From contig NZ_CP076228.1 in assembly GCF_021378375.1 (NCBI RefSeq), forward strand, positions 720,001-752,000: a DNA stretch of 32,000 nt, in the 5' to 3' direction. The stretch's first letter is position 1, and every line of letters starts with the position of its first letter. Source of the stretch: Wolbachia endosymbiont of Drosophila innubila (lineage in GTDB: Bacteria; Pseudomonadota; Alphaproteobacteria; Rickettsiales; Anaplasmataceae). Position numbers and translations under genes: made by a program. Shown here piece after piece: positions 18,973-28,460 of this stretch. The notes beneath the pieces were generated by a model, which was given only the letters and a program-made list of their open reading frames with translations, did no database searches and was not told the DNA's origin.

Positions 18973-21432
18973 ATGGGTAATTCTACAAAAGAGCTAGTTA
19001 ACGCATTTAACTTAAATAATTATGGTATCGATAAGGTCAATACTAATTTTACTGTAGAAGGTAAAAGGATTGTTGGTTTATTTGCTAGTGGTACTAATAC
19101 AAAAGAATATCTGCGAAGAATAAGAGAGGAGATAATAAAGCAGCACTACAGTGATGGAACTGAGGTAGCAAGTGAATATTATAACTTAAACTATTTTCCA
19201 TTTGTTCTAGATGCTAATCTTGATAAAGAGGATTTAGGTAATGGCATAGTGAAAGTAAAGCTTGCAGATTCTACAGATAATCGAGTAATTCGTAACTTGA
19301 AGGTTCATTTTGCTAATGAGTTTGAGGGGGCTGTGAGATCTAAAGTGGCTGCACTTCTACAAGAATTAGTAGGAATAACGAAGGAACAAGCATATGAATG
19401 GGTCAATGGAACTGTTGGAACAGGAGCGATAGGTAGTCCTTATCTATACTGTATAGCTTTTAGCAACGAGTACCTCGAAAAAAGGTATAATTCGAGGATT
19501 TTTGAGCTATTGAAGAGTCTTTATATCAGTGAATTTAACTCAAGATTAGAGGCGTGTGGTCTTAAGAGTTCAAACTTTTATGAATATAAAGATGGTATGT
19601 TATACATTAAAAATGTGAGTGATAAGGTAGTCAGGAGTGTAACAGAATATGTTAAAGGGCGAGTAGCGCTTGATTTTAGAACTCCAGGCAGCGTAGAGTC
19701 TAAAGTTAAAAATTGTAAAAATGTTTTGAGTGAACTAATTCTTAAAGCGACAGGAAAGTTTGTTGACGGGTATGATTATGATGACTTTACAAACAAAAAC
19801 AAAATAAAGAATGGGCATAGTTTTGCTCTTATACCTTTTATAGAAGAGAATGGTCAGTTGAAATCTTTAAGTTCTAGGGATGCATCAAAGATTAAAGGAG
19901 GAATATTTAATGATTTTCATTGTATAAGTGATATTAGAGGCAAAACTGCAAATCCACAATTTGCTAATTGTAAAGAGCCAGTTTATGCTTTCTCTAATAA
20001 GCAGATTGCTCAGTTACTTCCTAAAATTATGGGGTCTCCAATTGCATATAATCAAATAAACGGACGTTTTGAATTTGCAGTTGATCTTGAGAATTTTAAG
20101 AGACGTAGCTCGAGTCGATCCTCCTCAACGGTAACTTCTCCACTCAATTCTCCTACACATGCAGAGCGACCAAGAACACCGCTTGAACAAACTGGAGCTA
20201 GGTTTTTTGAATCTAGAGGAGACAGAGATAGTGGTCTTGATGATTCACCTCCACAACTTAAGGATTCTGGTTCTTCAAGTGGTGGTCCAAGTTCTGGCTT
20301 AACTGAATTGTCATCACCGACACAGAAGTTTCCCAAGCGAAGTCGTGGTGAAGGGTTAGAGAGGCTTCTCAGGCAAGGATCAGAAAGAGAGGAAGGAAAA
20401 GGGGGGCTGTTTCAGTTGGTGCCGGGGGAAATAGATTCAAGTCAATCCACTGGTGATCAATCACAGCTATCTTTGAGTAGATCATCATCGATTTCTTCTC
20501 CTATAGCATGGGATGATTCAACATTCTTAAATCCTGAGGTTTCTAATGAGGAACCTAAAAAACAGCAAGTTACTAAGGAAAAGGAAGAAGAAAAGTTGTT
20601 TAAAGCATTGCTTTATTGGTTTAACTTAAATAATTATGCTTTGGATCCTCCTCATACTAACTTTATTGTAAAAAATGGGAAGATTGCTAGTTTAATTGAT
20701 GATAGTGTTGATGTAAAAGAGTATTTAGAGGAGATAATAGATAAAACGAAAGAAGAGTATTGTGTCAATAAGGAAGAAGCCTATGATCTCAATGAGTTTC
20801 CATTTCAATTTCTTTCTAATTGTGAGAAAAACCAAGAAACAACAGTTGTTGCTAATATAAGTCGTGGTGCCTTACTTAACTTAAAAGAACTTTTTAGTCG
20901 GGAGCATGAGGGAAAAGTAGAAATAAAAGATATCGACATTAACATCGTCGAAAAGGCAGTGAAATCTGAAAAGGACAAATGGGTAAATTTTCAGGTGCAA
21001 GAACATGGGTTATCCCCTAAAAAAGCAATTAAAACCTGTTATCCCGATGAAAGCGTATTAGAATATATTTCAATTACAAAAGACAAAGGTGGATACTGGA
21101 TTAACCGTGATTATGATGGTTCGGAAGTAGAGTCGTTTAGGAAAGAGCAATGGCCTGCTAAAGGTACGTCAAAAGCTGAAAAGATGAAGTCCGAAGATAA
21201 TAAAGGCAGCGGTATCTCTTCAGCGGAGGCGACTGATGCTGAAAACGTAAGCTCTAAAGCTGAGGCAACAACAAGTGGTTATGAGTCTATGGATTGTGAG
21301 AATACTAGAGGAGGATCGCCAAAACGTACTCTAGAGTTGAGTGTGGGAATGGAAGAATTGACAATATCCACAGACCTGTATGCCACTAAGGCCGAGCAGC
21401 ACTCTTCCATAAAAAAATTTAGAAGCAATTGA
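18973..21432 (+). CDS. Large accessory protein (819 aa) with an internally duplicated ~65-aa domain and Ser/Pro-rich linker; candidate effector
   Basis: Start preceded by gggggag. FNLNNYGIDKVNTNFTVEGKRIVGLF...TKEYLRRI...YYNLNYFPFVL recurs as FNLNNYALDPPHTNFIVKNGKIASLI...VKEYLEEI...AYDLNEFPFQFL. No known family recognised. Confidence 0.8.
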   Translation: MGNSTKELVNAFNLNNYGIDKVNTNFTVEGKRIVGLFASGTNTKEYLRRIREEIIKQHYSDGTEVASEYYNLNYFPFVLDANLDKEDLGNGIVKVKLADSTDNRVIRNLKVHFANEFEGAVRSKVAALLQELVGITKEQAYEWVNGTVGTGAIGSPYLYCIAFSNEYLEKRYNSRIFELLKSLYISEFNSRLEACGLKSSNFYEYKDGMLYIKNVSDKVVRSVTEYVKGRVALDFRTPGSVESKVKNCKNVLSELILKATGKFVDGYDYDDFTNKNKIKNGHSFALIPFIEENGQLKSLSSRDASKIKGGIFNDFHCISDIRGKTANPQFANCKEPVYAFSNKQIAQLLPKIMGSPIAYNQINGRFEFAVDLENFKRRSSSRSSSTVTSPLNSPTHAERPRTPLEQTGARFFESRGDRDSGLDDSPPQLKDSGSSSGGPSSGLTELSSPTQKFPKRSRGEGLERLLRQGSEREEGKGGLFQLVPGEIDSSQSTGDQSQLSLSRSSSISSPIAWDDSTFLNPEVSNEEPKKQQVTKEKEEEKLFKALLYWFNLNNYALDPPHTNFIVKNGKIASLIDDSVDVKEYLEEIIDKTKEEYCVNKEEAYDLNEFPFQFLSNCEKNQETTVVANISRGALLNLKELFSREHEGKVEIKDIDINIVEKAVKSEKDKWVNFQVQEHGLSPKKAIKTCYPDESVLEYISITKDKGGYWINRDYDGSEVESFRKEQWPAKGTSKAEKMKSEDNKGSGISSAEATDAENVSSKAEATTSGYESMDCENTRGGSPKRTLELSVGMEELTISTDLYATKAEQHSSIKKFRSN

Positions 21433-21633
21433 TCTAATCCACCGCTCTCAGCCACCTAAGCGTTTTATTAGGGTTAGGGCAAAGTCCCTGACCCTAAAGG
21501 CACTGGTGTTAGTTTTTCTCATCCATTGTAGATATTGCGCGGTACTAAATGTTTAAAAAGTATTAATATAAAAATATCAATAAAATTATTTATATTTTTA
21601 TACTATGCACATTACATCATGTGTTATTTAACC

Positions 21634-23541
21634 TTACAATAATTTTTTTATTCTTGCTGCTTCTTCAAATTCTAAATTTTCAGCATGCTCTATCATTTGC
21701 TTTCTCAAATCATCCTTATTAGTATTTACTTTCGGTTCTGCTATTGCCCTCTCCTGTAAGGTGTTTGATATAGGTTTTATTATAGTCTTTGGGACAATAT
21801 TGTGCAATATATTATGTTCTTCTTGTTTTTTTTTTCTTCTTTCGGTCTCTCTTAATGCGCGGTCCAGAGAACCAGTGATTTTATCTGCATACAAAATTAC
21901 TCTACCTTCAGCATTACGCGCAGCACGACCAATCGTTTGAATTAATGAAGTTTCCGATCGCAAAAATCCTTCTTTATCAGCATCCAAAATTGCAACCAAC
22001 CCACACTCTGGAATATCAAGACCTTCCCTCAGCAAGTTAACACCTACTAAAACATCGATTTCTTTAGATCTCAATTTGTATATAATTTCTATTCTCTCCA
22101 GCGCAGCAATATCAGAATGCAAATAACTCACTCTCATATTCATTTCACTCATATATTCAGCTAAATTTTCAGCCATTTTTTTCGTCAATGTAGTGATTAA
22201 AACACAAAATCCCTTCCCTATTGTCACTTGTGCCTCATGAATTACATCATCAATTTGACTCTCTATTGGTTTTACAATGCAGATTGGGTCCGTAAGCCCT
22301 GTTGGACGGATAACTTGCTCTATAAATACATTACTGGTCTTTGCCAACTCATACTTTCCGGGAGTGGCTGAAATGTAAACAGTCTGCGGCCTAACTCCCT
22401 CCCACTCTTCAAATTTTAATGGACGATTATCAAAAGCGGAAGGGAGCCTGAAGCCATAGTCAATCAATTTCTTTTTACGCGCCTCATTACCACTGTACAT
22501 CGCACCAACCTGAGGAACGGTGACATGACTCTCATCAACAAATAAAATTACGTCTTTAGGTAAATATTCAAACAAAGTAGGTGGTGGATCCCCAGCTTCC
22601 ATTCCATAGAGATAACGCGAATAATTTTCAATACCTTTACATATTCCTGTTGTTCTCATCATTTCGATATCAAAATTAGTGCGTTGCTCGAGGCGCTTTG
22701 CTTCAACAATCTTGTTTTGCGAGTAGTAATAATCCAAGCGTTCATGCAGCTCTTTTTTGACTAGTTCAATTGCCTGCAACAAAGCCTCACGCGGGGTTAT
22801 GTAATAGCTATTTGGAAAAATGGTGATTTTATTTACGCCTTTGGTAACATTGCCCGTTATAGCATCAACTTCAGAAATTTCTTCTATTTCATCGCCAAAT
22901 AACGATAAACGCCAAGCTTTATTTTCATAATGGGAAGGAAATATATCAACAATATCGCCGCGCACTCTGAAATATCCTCTCTCAAACCTGGCATCAGAGC
23001 GCTTGTATTGAAGATCAGTTAAGTTGCTCAGGAAATCATTAATACGAATTTTATTTCCAACACTAAGCGGTATGATCATGCTGCGGTAGCTCTCAGGCGA
23101 ACCAAGACCGTATATGCAGGAAACACTGGCAACTACGATCGTATCCCTGCGCTCCAAAAGGGAGCAGACGGTGGAATAACGCAGCATCTCAATTCTTTCG
23201 TTAATTGCAGAATCTTTTTCGATATAAGTATCAGTTTGTGGTAAATAGGCTTCAGGTTGATAATAATCATAATAAGAAATGAAGTATTCAACAGCATTAT
23301 GGGGAAACAATCCTTTCATTTCCTCATAAAGCTGTGCTGCTAAAGTTTTATTGTGTGCCATAATTAATGCAGGCCTGTTTGTCCTTGCAATAACATTTGC
23401 CATAGTAAAAGTTTTCCCAGAACCAGTAACTCCAAGCAAAACTTGGTCTCTTTTATTGCTATTTAGCCCCGCAATTAAACTATCGATTGCCTGCGGTTGA
23501 TCTCCAGCAGGTTGAAAATGTGTAGTGATTTGAAATTTCAT
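21634..23541 (-). CDS. uvrB: Excinuclease ABC subunit B
   Basis: [68 protein letters not shown]-terminal UVR motif. Confidence 0.98.
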   Translation of the reverse strand: MKFQITTHFQPAGDQPQAIDSLIAGLNSNKRDQVLLGVTGSGKTFTMANVIARTNRPALIMAHNKTLAAQLYEEMKGLFPHNAVEYFISYYDYYQPEAYLPQTDTYIEKDSAINERIEMLRYSTVCSLLERRDTIVVASVSCIYGLGSPESYRSMIIPLSVGNKIRINDFLSNLTDLQYKRSDARFERGYFRVRGDIVDIFPSHYENKAWRLSLFGDEIEEISEVDAITGNVTKGVNKITIFPNSYYITPREALLQAIELVKKELHERLDYYYSQNKIVEAKRLEQRTNFDIEMMRTTGICKGIENYSRYLYGMEAGDPPPTLFEYLPKDVILFVDESHVTVPQVGAMYSGNEARKKKLIDYGFRLPSAFDNRPLKFEEWEGVRPQTVYISATPGKYELAKTSNVFIEQVIRPTGLTDPICIVKPIESQIDDVIHEAQVTIGKGFCVLITTLTKKMAENLAEYMSEMNMRVSYLHSDIAALERIEIIYKLRSKEIDVLVGVNLLREGLDIPECGLVAILDADKEGFLRSETSLIQTIGRAARNAEGRVILYADKITGSLDRALRETERRKKKQEEHNILHNIVPKTIIKPISNTLQERAIAEPKVNTNKDDLRKQMIEHAENLEFEEAARIKKLL

Positions 23542-23935
23542 AGACTTTACTTACTATCTTTGATTCATTGCATAGTGAACACTATATTGCTTTTAAGATA
23601 AGTTGTATAGCTATCGTAAAGCCATAAAACATTAACCAACAATGTCATGCAAGTAGCTGACACTGGAATCTTGTTTCAATGTTAAACAAAATACCATAGA
23701 ATTCAAGAAGACAATTCCTAAAAAATCCCTACATCCAAAAAAAGGCAAAATGCTGCTTGAATAAGCTAAATTTTTTTAGATGCAAAAACAATAAAACATA
23801 GTTGATACTAAATTATAGTACTCCTATGACAACGTTACAAAAATTAAGGAAATGGATAGCTCTGATCAATTGGAATAGTATTTTCAGGTACCGGTGGTCA
23901 ATATGACATTTTTAAAATAAAGATTTAGAACCTGT

Positions 23936-24238
23936 TTAAAATCTTCTCAATAGAAGAGAAATGAAGGAAAGAACGACCATTTGCAGGCTAGTGTTAAGTT
24001 TTCGCTCGCAATTTTTCCACAATCGTCTGCATTTTTCTAACCAAGCGAAAGATCGCTCTACAACCCATCTTTGTGGCAATACAGCAAAGGAATGTAATTC
24101 ACTTCGTTTTATTACTTCTACAGTTGCTCCAATAATCGTTTTTATTTGAGTTGCAAAATTTTCTCCTGTATAACCTGCATCGACCAGTATATTTTTAACT
24201 TCCGAGAGGTTTTCTTTTGCGCTTTCAACCATTCTCAC
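23936..24238 (-). pseudogene. IS5-family transposase C-terminal fragment, a different element from copies 1/2
   Basis: ILVDAGYTGENFATQIK...FAVLPQRWVVERSFAWLEKCRRLWKNCERKL, with no N-terminal half. Confidence 0.8.
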
Positions 24239-24341
24239 AGCACTGCTAACCCCAGTTGTAAATTAGAAAAAATAGAAAAGGTAAGGAAATAGGGTAAACT
24301 CCGAGGTATTTGATATTCATTCCTAAAATAGGAGGTTACCA

Positions 24342-25154
24342 ATGAAAGAGAAAGTAACAGAAATCTTTTGTATAGTCGATGATTTTTGCAATACAGTCGA
24401 TGAAAATTTTGCAGAAAAACTTCTACCAAGTGGCAAAAAACCAACCAGGACGCCAGAGATTACGCATTCAGAGATTTTTACCATAATATTGCTATATCAA
24501 GTGCGACAATTTTAAAATTTTCTATGTGCATTATTTGAAATTATTATACGAATCAGCGTTTCCAAAATTGCCATCCTATAGTAGGTTTATCAGGCTAAAA
24601 TCGCAGGTTTTATGGTATTTAGCGCTCTTAATGCAATGGTTTTGCGAACAGTCAAAAGTGACAGGGATTTCGTACATAATCTATCGCTGTTTGCCATCCA
24701 AAAAGGACCTCGAGAAACAAAGTTTTCAAAGGGTTGGCAAAGATTGGAAAGACTACTTATGGGTGGTTTTTCGGTACATCTAGTAATCAACGAAACTGGC
24801 GAAATTCAAGGGGTTACGGTGACAAAAGGCAACGTTGATACCTGTGCCAAATTTAACTCAGAAATTGACTGGATTATTGTTTAGAGATAAAGGATATATC
24901 AAAAAAGATCTTTTTCACGAATTATTCGATAGAGGGTTAAAGCTTGTAACCAGTATAAAAAGGGTATGAAAAACTCATTAATGGTGCTAAATGAGAAGAT
25001 TTTGTTAAGAAAAAGATCGATTATTGAGACAGTTTTTGGCTCTCTGAAAAACAAATTTGAGATTGAGCATACTCGCCACAGATCACCGATAAATTTTTTG
25101 GTACACATTTTTTCTACGCTTGTTTCATATTCCATGCAGCCGCTGCATTTCTAA
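24342..25154 (+). pseudogene. Degenerate IS982-family transposase
   Basis: Fragments across frames: MKEKVTEIFCIVDDFCNTVDENF..., KVFKGLAKIGKTTYGWFFG, GYIKKDLFHELFDRGLKLVTSIKKGMKNSLMVLNEKILLRKRSIIETVFGSLKNKFEIEHTRHRSPINFLVH. Multiple internal stops and frameshifts. Confidence 0.8.
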
Positions 25155-25159
25155 GCTTT

Positions 25160-25452
25160 ACTTCGTTGGCTAATCCGCAACTGGGGTATATAGGGTTGAC
25201 ACCAAGGCAATATTCTTCTGGAAAAGTTGATCGGCATGGCAGCATATCAAAGATGGGACCAGCGGAATGTAGAAGTATGTTATATGAAGCTGCACAAACA
25301 ATGCTTACAGTTACCAAGAGGACATTTAAATTAAAAAACTGGGGTTGCGAAGAAAAAAGGAATGAAAAAAGCAATTGTAGCAGTAGCAAGAAAATTAGCT
25401 GTAATTATGCATAGGATGTTGGTTGATAAAACAGAATTTTATTATCAATAAA
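25160..25452 (+). pseudogene. IS110/IS116/IS902-family transposase C-terminal fragment
   Basis: GYIGLTPRQYSSGKVDRHGSISKMGPAECRSMLYEAAQTMLTVTKRTFKLKNWGC, then in another frame RNEKSNCSSSKK / KKAIVAVARKLAVIMHRMLVDKTEF. Confidence 0.8.
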
Positions 25453-25758
25453 CATCAAAAGAGCATAGGACAATAATTTTATTGAAAATAAAGATAGCAA
25501 TGCCGATGGAAGGGACAAGCAAGAACTTAGTTAGACTTCGTGGTAAACATGTTACCGTCCACTTCCGCCTAACAAGTATAATGCGGCTTGACAAGTTTAT
25601 TGTCATCTCAGACCGCGGAGAGAACCATATGCTACTTTTCACTTATGTAAAATTACCAAGGATTATGGAGAAGATATGCTGTTTTGATTTGTGTGAAAAT
25701 TATTGTTGACTTATGTGCAATTAGAGAACCTAAGTCACTTTAGCTATATATAAAAGGT

Positions 25759-26136
25759 TTAAGTGGTTGTATTGATGTATCTTTGTATTAAAAAACACCC
25801 AATAAGCAGAGTTGTAAGTGGAATAAACCACAAAATGTAAGTGCTAGGTGGTACGATTATAATTGAATTGCCGTAAGAATTTTTTAACTCTGAGATTATC
25901 TCTTCATCAGTGTATCCATCATTGATTTTTTTACGAATTGCTTCTCGCATATCATACGCGATCTGAGATCCAGATTCAGACAATGATTCGCCAGAACATA
26001 TTGGACACCTTATTATTTCAAATAAACTGGTTGCTCGTTTTTCCATGCTTTTATCTCTGAGTTTATTATCCAGAGTAAAAGCGTTTACGCCTGAGTGGAA
26101 TATCAATATGAAAAGTAAGCTAATTACTATTCTCAT
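25759..26136 (-). CDS. ccmH: Cytochrome c-type biogenesis protein CcmH
   Basis: FEIIRCPICSGESLSESGSQIAYDMREAIRKKINDGYTDEEI haem-lyase CxxC motif, plus signal peptide and C-terminal TM. Confidence 0.93.
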   Translation of the reverse strand: MRIVISLLFILIFHSGVNAFTLDNKLRDKSMEKRATSLFEIIRCPICSGESLSESGSQIAYDMREAIRKKINDGYTDEEIISELKNSYGNSIIIVPPSTYILWFIPLTTLLIGCFLIQRYINTTT

Positions 26137-27160
26137 TCTTGGTTAATTGGATTATTTTACTGAGTTGGTTCATAAAATCAGTGATGGATAACTTTCCAAT
26201 AAAGCTTGACCCTACATCATCATCGTACTTTATTGAAAATCGAATGCCATTATCAGTTGTTTTTTCTGATAAGGAAGGTACTAATTTTTCGAACGCATCT
26301 GAAGTTTTTGAGTCACCAATCATAAACGAGATTAATTCTTTATAATTTGATATAGCCACGTTGATTTTGTCTTTAAATGAATATGTAACTAAGTTGTAAT
26401 TGTTTACCCCACCATCTGCAGCAAAAGAAAAATTATTACTTTGAATCAAAAATTTCTCTATATTGAAATTAATTCTGGAAGCCGAGATGTCGTTTACAAA
26501 TTCATAATCAAATTTAATGTCGATACTAAGGTAACTTTCAGGACTTGCAGTATTTTTATACCGATAAGTATACAAATCAAATCCTAGCTTAGCATTTCCA
26601 CTCAGTTCTTTATCGAGGTGAAATTGAATGTAATTGCTTTTATCATTCACTTCAGTTATAACACTTTGCTGATTTTCTAAAACATCACATTTTAATCCAT
26701 AATCTTCGTAACGAAGTGTATCTATATAGTCTATCACGGTACTATTTTTGTTGAATCGCAATGAAGATGGTAAATCGTTTAGTCTAACAACAAAGTGGCT
26801 GCTATCGTTTGTGTGGCATTTTATATTCTTTTTCTCATCACCATGAACAGCAATATTGACTTCATTGCTTGGTATGTAGATATATACTGATTTATCAAAC
26901 AATCTATTTTTTATCAATAAAGCATCAGATGAGATGGTTAATTGCTCATTGGAAAATTTTGGGTTTGTCACACGAAAAATTAGGTTAGAAGGAAATCCAC
27001 TAAAATCATGTGAAATATCAAATTTTTCGTCGTTAATGTATAGTATTGTTTCAGCTAAAAGATTTTTTACCTTACATGCAGAAAAATACCAAAAACCAAT
27101 ATACGCTACAGGAATAAACAAAAGTAAAGAGATGATAATATAGATAAAAATCTTACGCAT
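26120..27160 (-). CDS. Hypothetical membrane-anchored protein (346 aa), possibly DUF2125-like
   Basis: N-terminal TM IFIYIIISLLLFIPVAYIGFWYFSA then a long beta-rich region. Overlaps ccmH by 17 nt. Confidence 0.65.
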   Translation of the reverse strand: MRKIFIYIIISLLLFIPVAYIGFWYFSACKVKNLLAETILYINDEKFDISHDFSGFPSNLIFRVTNPKFSNEQLTISSDALLIKNRLFDKSVYIYIPSNEVNIAVHGDEKKNIKCHTNDSSHFVVRLNDLPSSLRFNKNSTVIDYIDTLRYEDYGLKCDVLENQQSVITEVNDKSNYIQFHLDKELSGNAKLGFDLYTYRYKNTASPESYLSIDIKFDYEFVNDISASRINFNIEKFLIQSNNFSFAADGGVNNYNLVTYSFKDKINVAISNYKELISFMIGDSKTSDAFEKLVPSLSEKTTDNGIRFSIKYDDDVGSSFIGKLSITDFMNQLSKIIQLTKNENSN

Positions 27161-27162
27161 AG

Positions 27163-27522
27163 CTAATCACTCCCCTGTTTATCCAATGATATATTTCTTG
27201 TACCCCTTGGTATGGTTACACACAAGCCGTCGATATCTTTTGTGATTTTTATTTGGCACCCAAGTCTTGATGTCTCTGTTAAGCCGAAAGCTAGGTCTAA
27301 CATATCATTTTCCTCATCAGATATAGGGTTATGTATTTCTACAGCATTATAAAACTTTGGATCAACAATTACATGGCATGTAGAGCAAGCAAGAGAACCT
27401 TCACATGCACCTTCAAGCAGATCTGGATCACTTCTGTGGGCTAAATTGAGCAGAGTTTCTCCCTCTGCAGCTTCATAGCTTTTCTTACTCCCATCAGGTA
27501 AAATAAAAGTAACAGATGGCAT
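27163..27522 (-). CDS. fdx: Adrenodoxin-type 2Fe-2S ferredoxin
   Basis: LLEGACEGSLACSTCHVIV (CX5CX2C) and downstream LGCQIK. Confidence 0.95.
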   Translation of the reverse strand: MPSVTFILPDGSKKSYEAAEGETLLNLAHRSDPDLLEGACEGSLACSTCHVIVDPKFYNAVEIHNPISDEENDMLDLAFGLTETSRLGCQIKITKDIDGLCVTIPRGTRNISLDKQGSD

Positions 27523-27810
27523 ATTATTCCTATTAAAATCCTTACTAATTTCTCTATATCCTACAGGTAATAACTAATATTTGCAAACTCTTTACAATTC
27601 CAGTGCCTATTTTTTGTTATCCAAGTAGCCGACACTGGTTTCCAGAAAAAAGGGTGTTATGCAAGTAGCTGACACTGGTTTCCATCCAAGACGGCAGTGC
27701 CCTCTTCTTGTCATCCTAGTGCCTTCTTCTTGTCATCCCAGTGCCCAGACACTGAGATCCAGGAATTTTATTAAGTTAGTAAGCATAAAAGTATAGCTAA
27801 CGCGAGCTCT

Positions 27811-28451
27811 ACGTCATACCGCCGCGGTATCTCTAGATCCCGCTAACACGTAGCGGGATGACGAACTGCTATACCGCCACGAACCGTCATACCGCGATTC
27901 ATTCGCGGTATCTCAGCCGCTAACAAGAGATCCCGCTAACAAGCAGCGGGATGACGGTTGTCGTTTAGCTGCAAACGTTAAGAAATTTACCAAATGAAAA
28001 AAAAGGCAAAAGAAGCCCTGGGGTTATTATCCGCTTTAAAATATTGGCGTTTTTTATGTTTTAAACGCTTGACAAGCAAGATTAAGCTGCTTTTAATTGC
28101 AACTAACTTACGCTGCAAATGTTTAAGAAGTTTACTAAGCAGAAAAAAGACAAAGAATCCCCGAGTTAGCTAGTCTTTTACTATCTCTGTCGAGTATTGG
28201 CATTTTTTGATGTCTTGTAACGCTTTATAAGCGCGTTCAGCTTATTTAGATAAAAATCTAGATGTAGATGAAGTTTTGTAAAGACATACAGTATCTATAT
28301 ACTGCAAAAAATTGAACATGAGACGCCGATACATTAAGTAATCCTTACCTTTTAATCTGCAGATTGGCGAAAGCAAATACAATAGCTTCAGTTTCATGAT
28401 AAGGGGGCTAGCGAAGGGTGTCAAGTAAGTTTTTTCGTTTCTGTGGGCTAC
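27811..28451. repeat. Composite dispersed intergenic repeat, copy B
   Basis: Shares with 6501-7162 the palindromes, the ggcaaaagaagccc blocks, aaacatgagacgcc-type and cttcagttt(t/c)atgataaggg blocks, and gtcaagtaagttttt. Ends about 10 nt from the recG stop. Confidence 0.8.
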
Positions 28452-28460
28452 CTGGTTTTC

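Noticed and set aside
17085-21432. Possible cytoplasmic incompatibility cifA/cifB operon, because a ~475-aa ORF is followed by a larger ORF in Wolbachia.
   Set aside because: Neither protein shows recognisable CifA sequence or CifB-type PD-(D/E)XK, deudiquitylase or other toxin motifs by eye, and a 64-aa ORF and palindromic repeat lie between them. Layout alone is not sufficient. An HHpred search against Cif proteins would settle it.
24235-24444. Minus-strand 69-aa ORF in the IS region.
   Set aside because: It is antisense to the decayed IS982 transposase start and has no protein-like signature.
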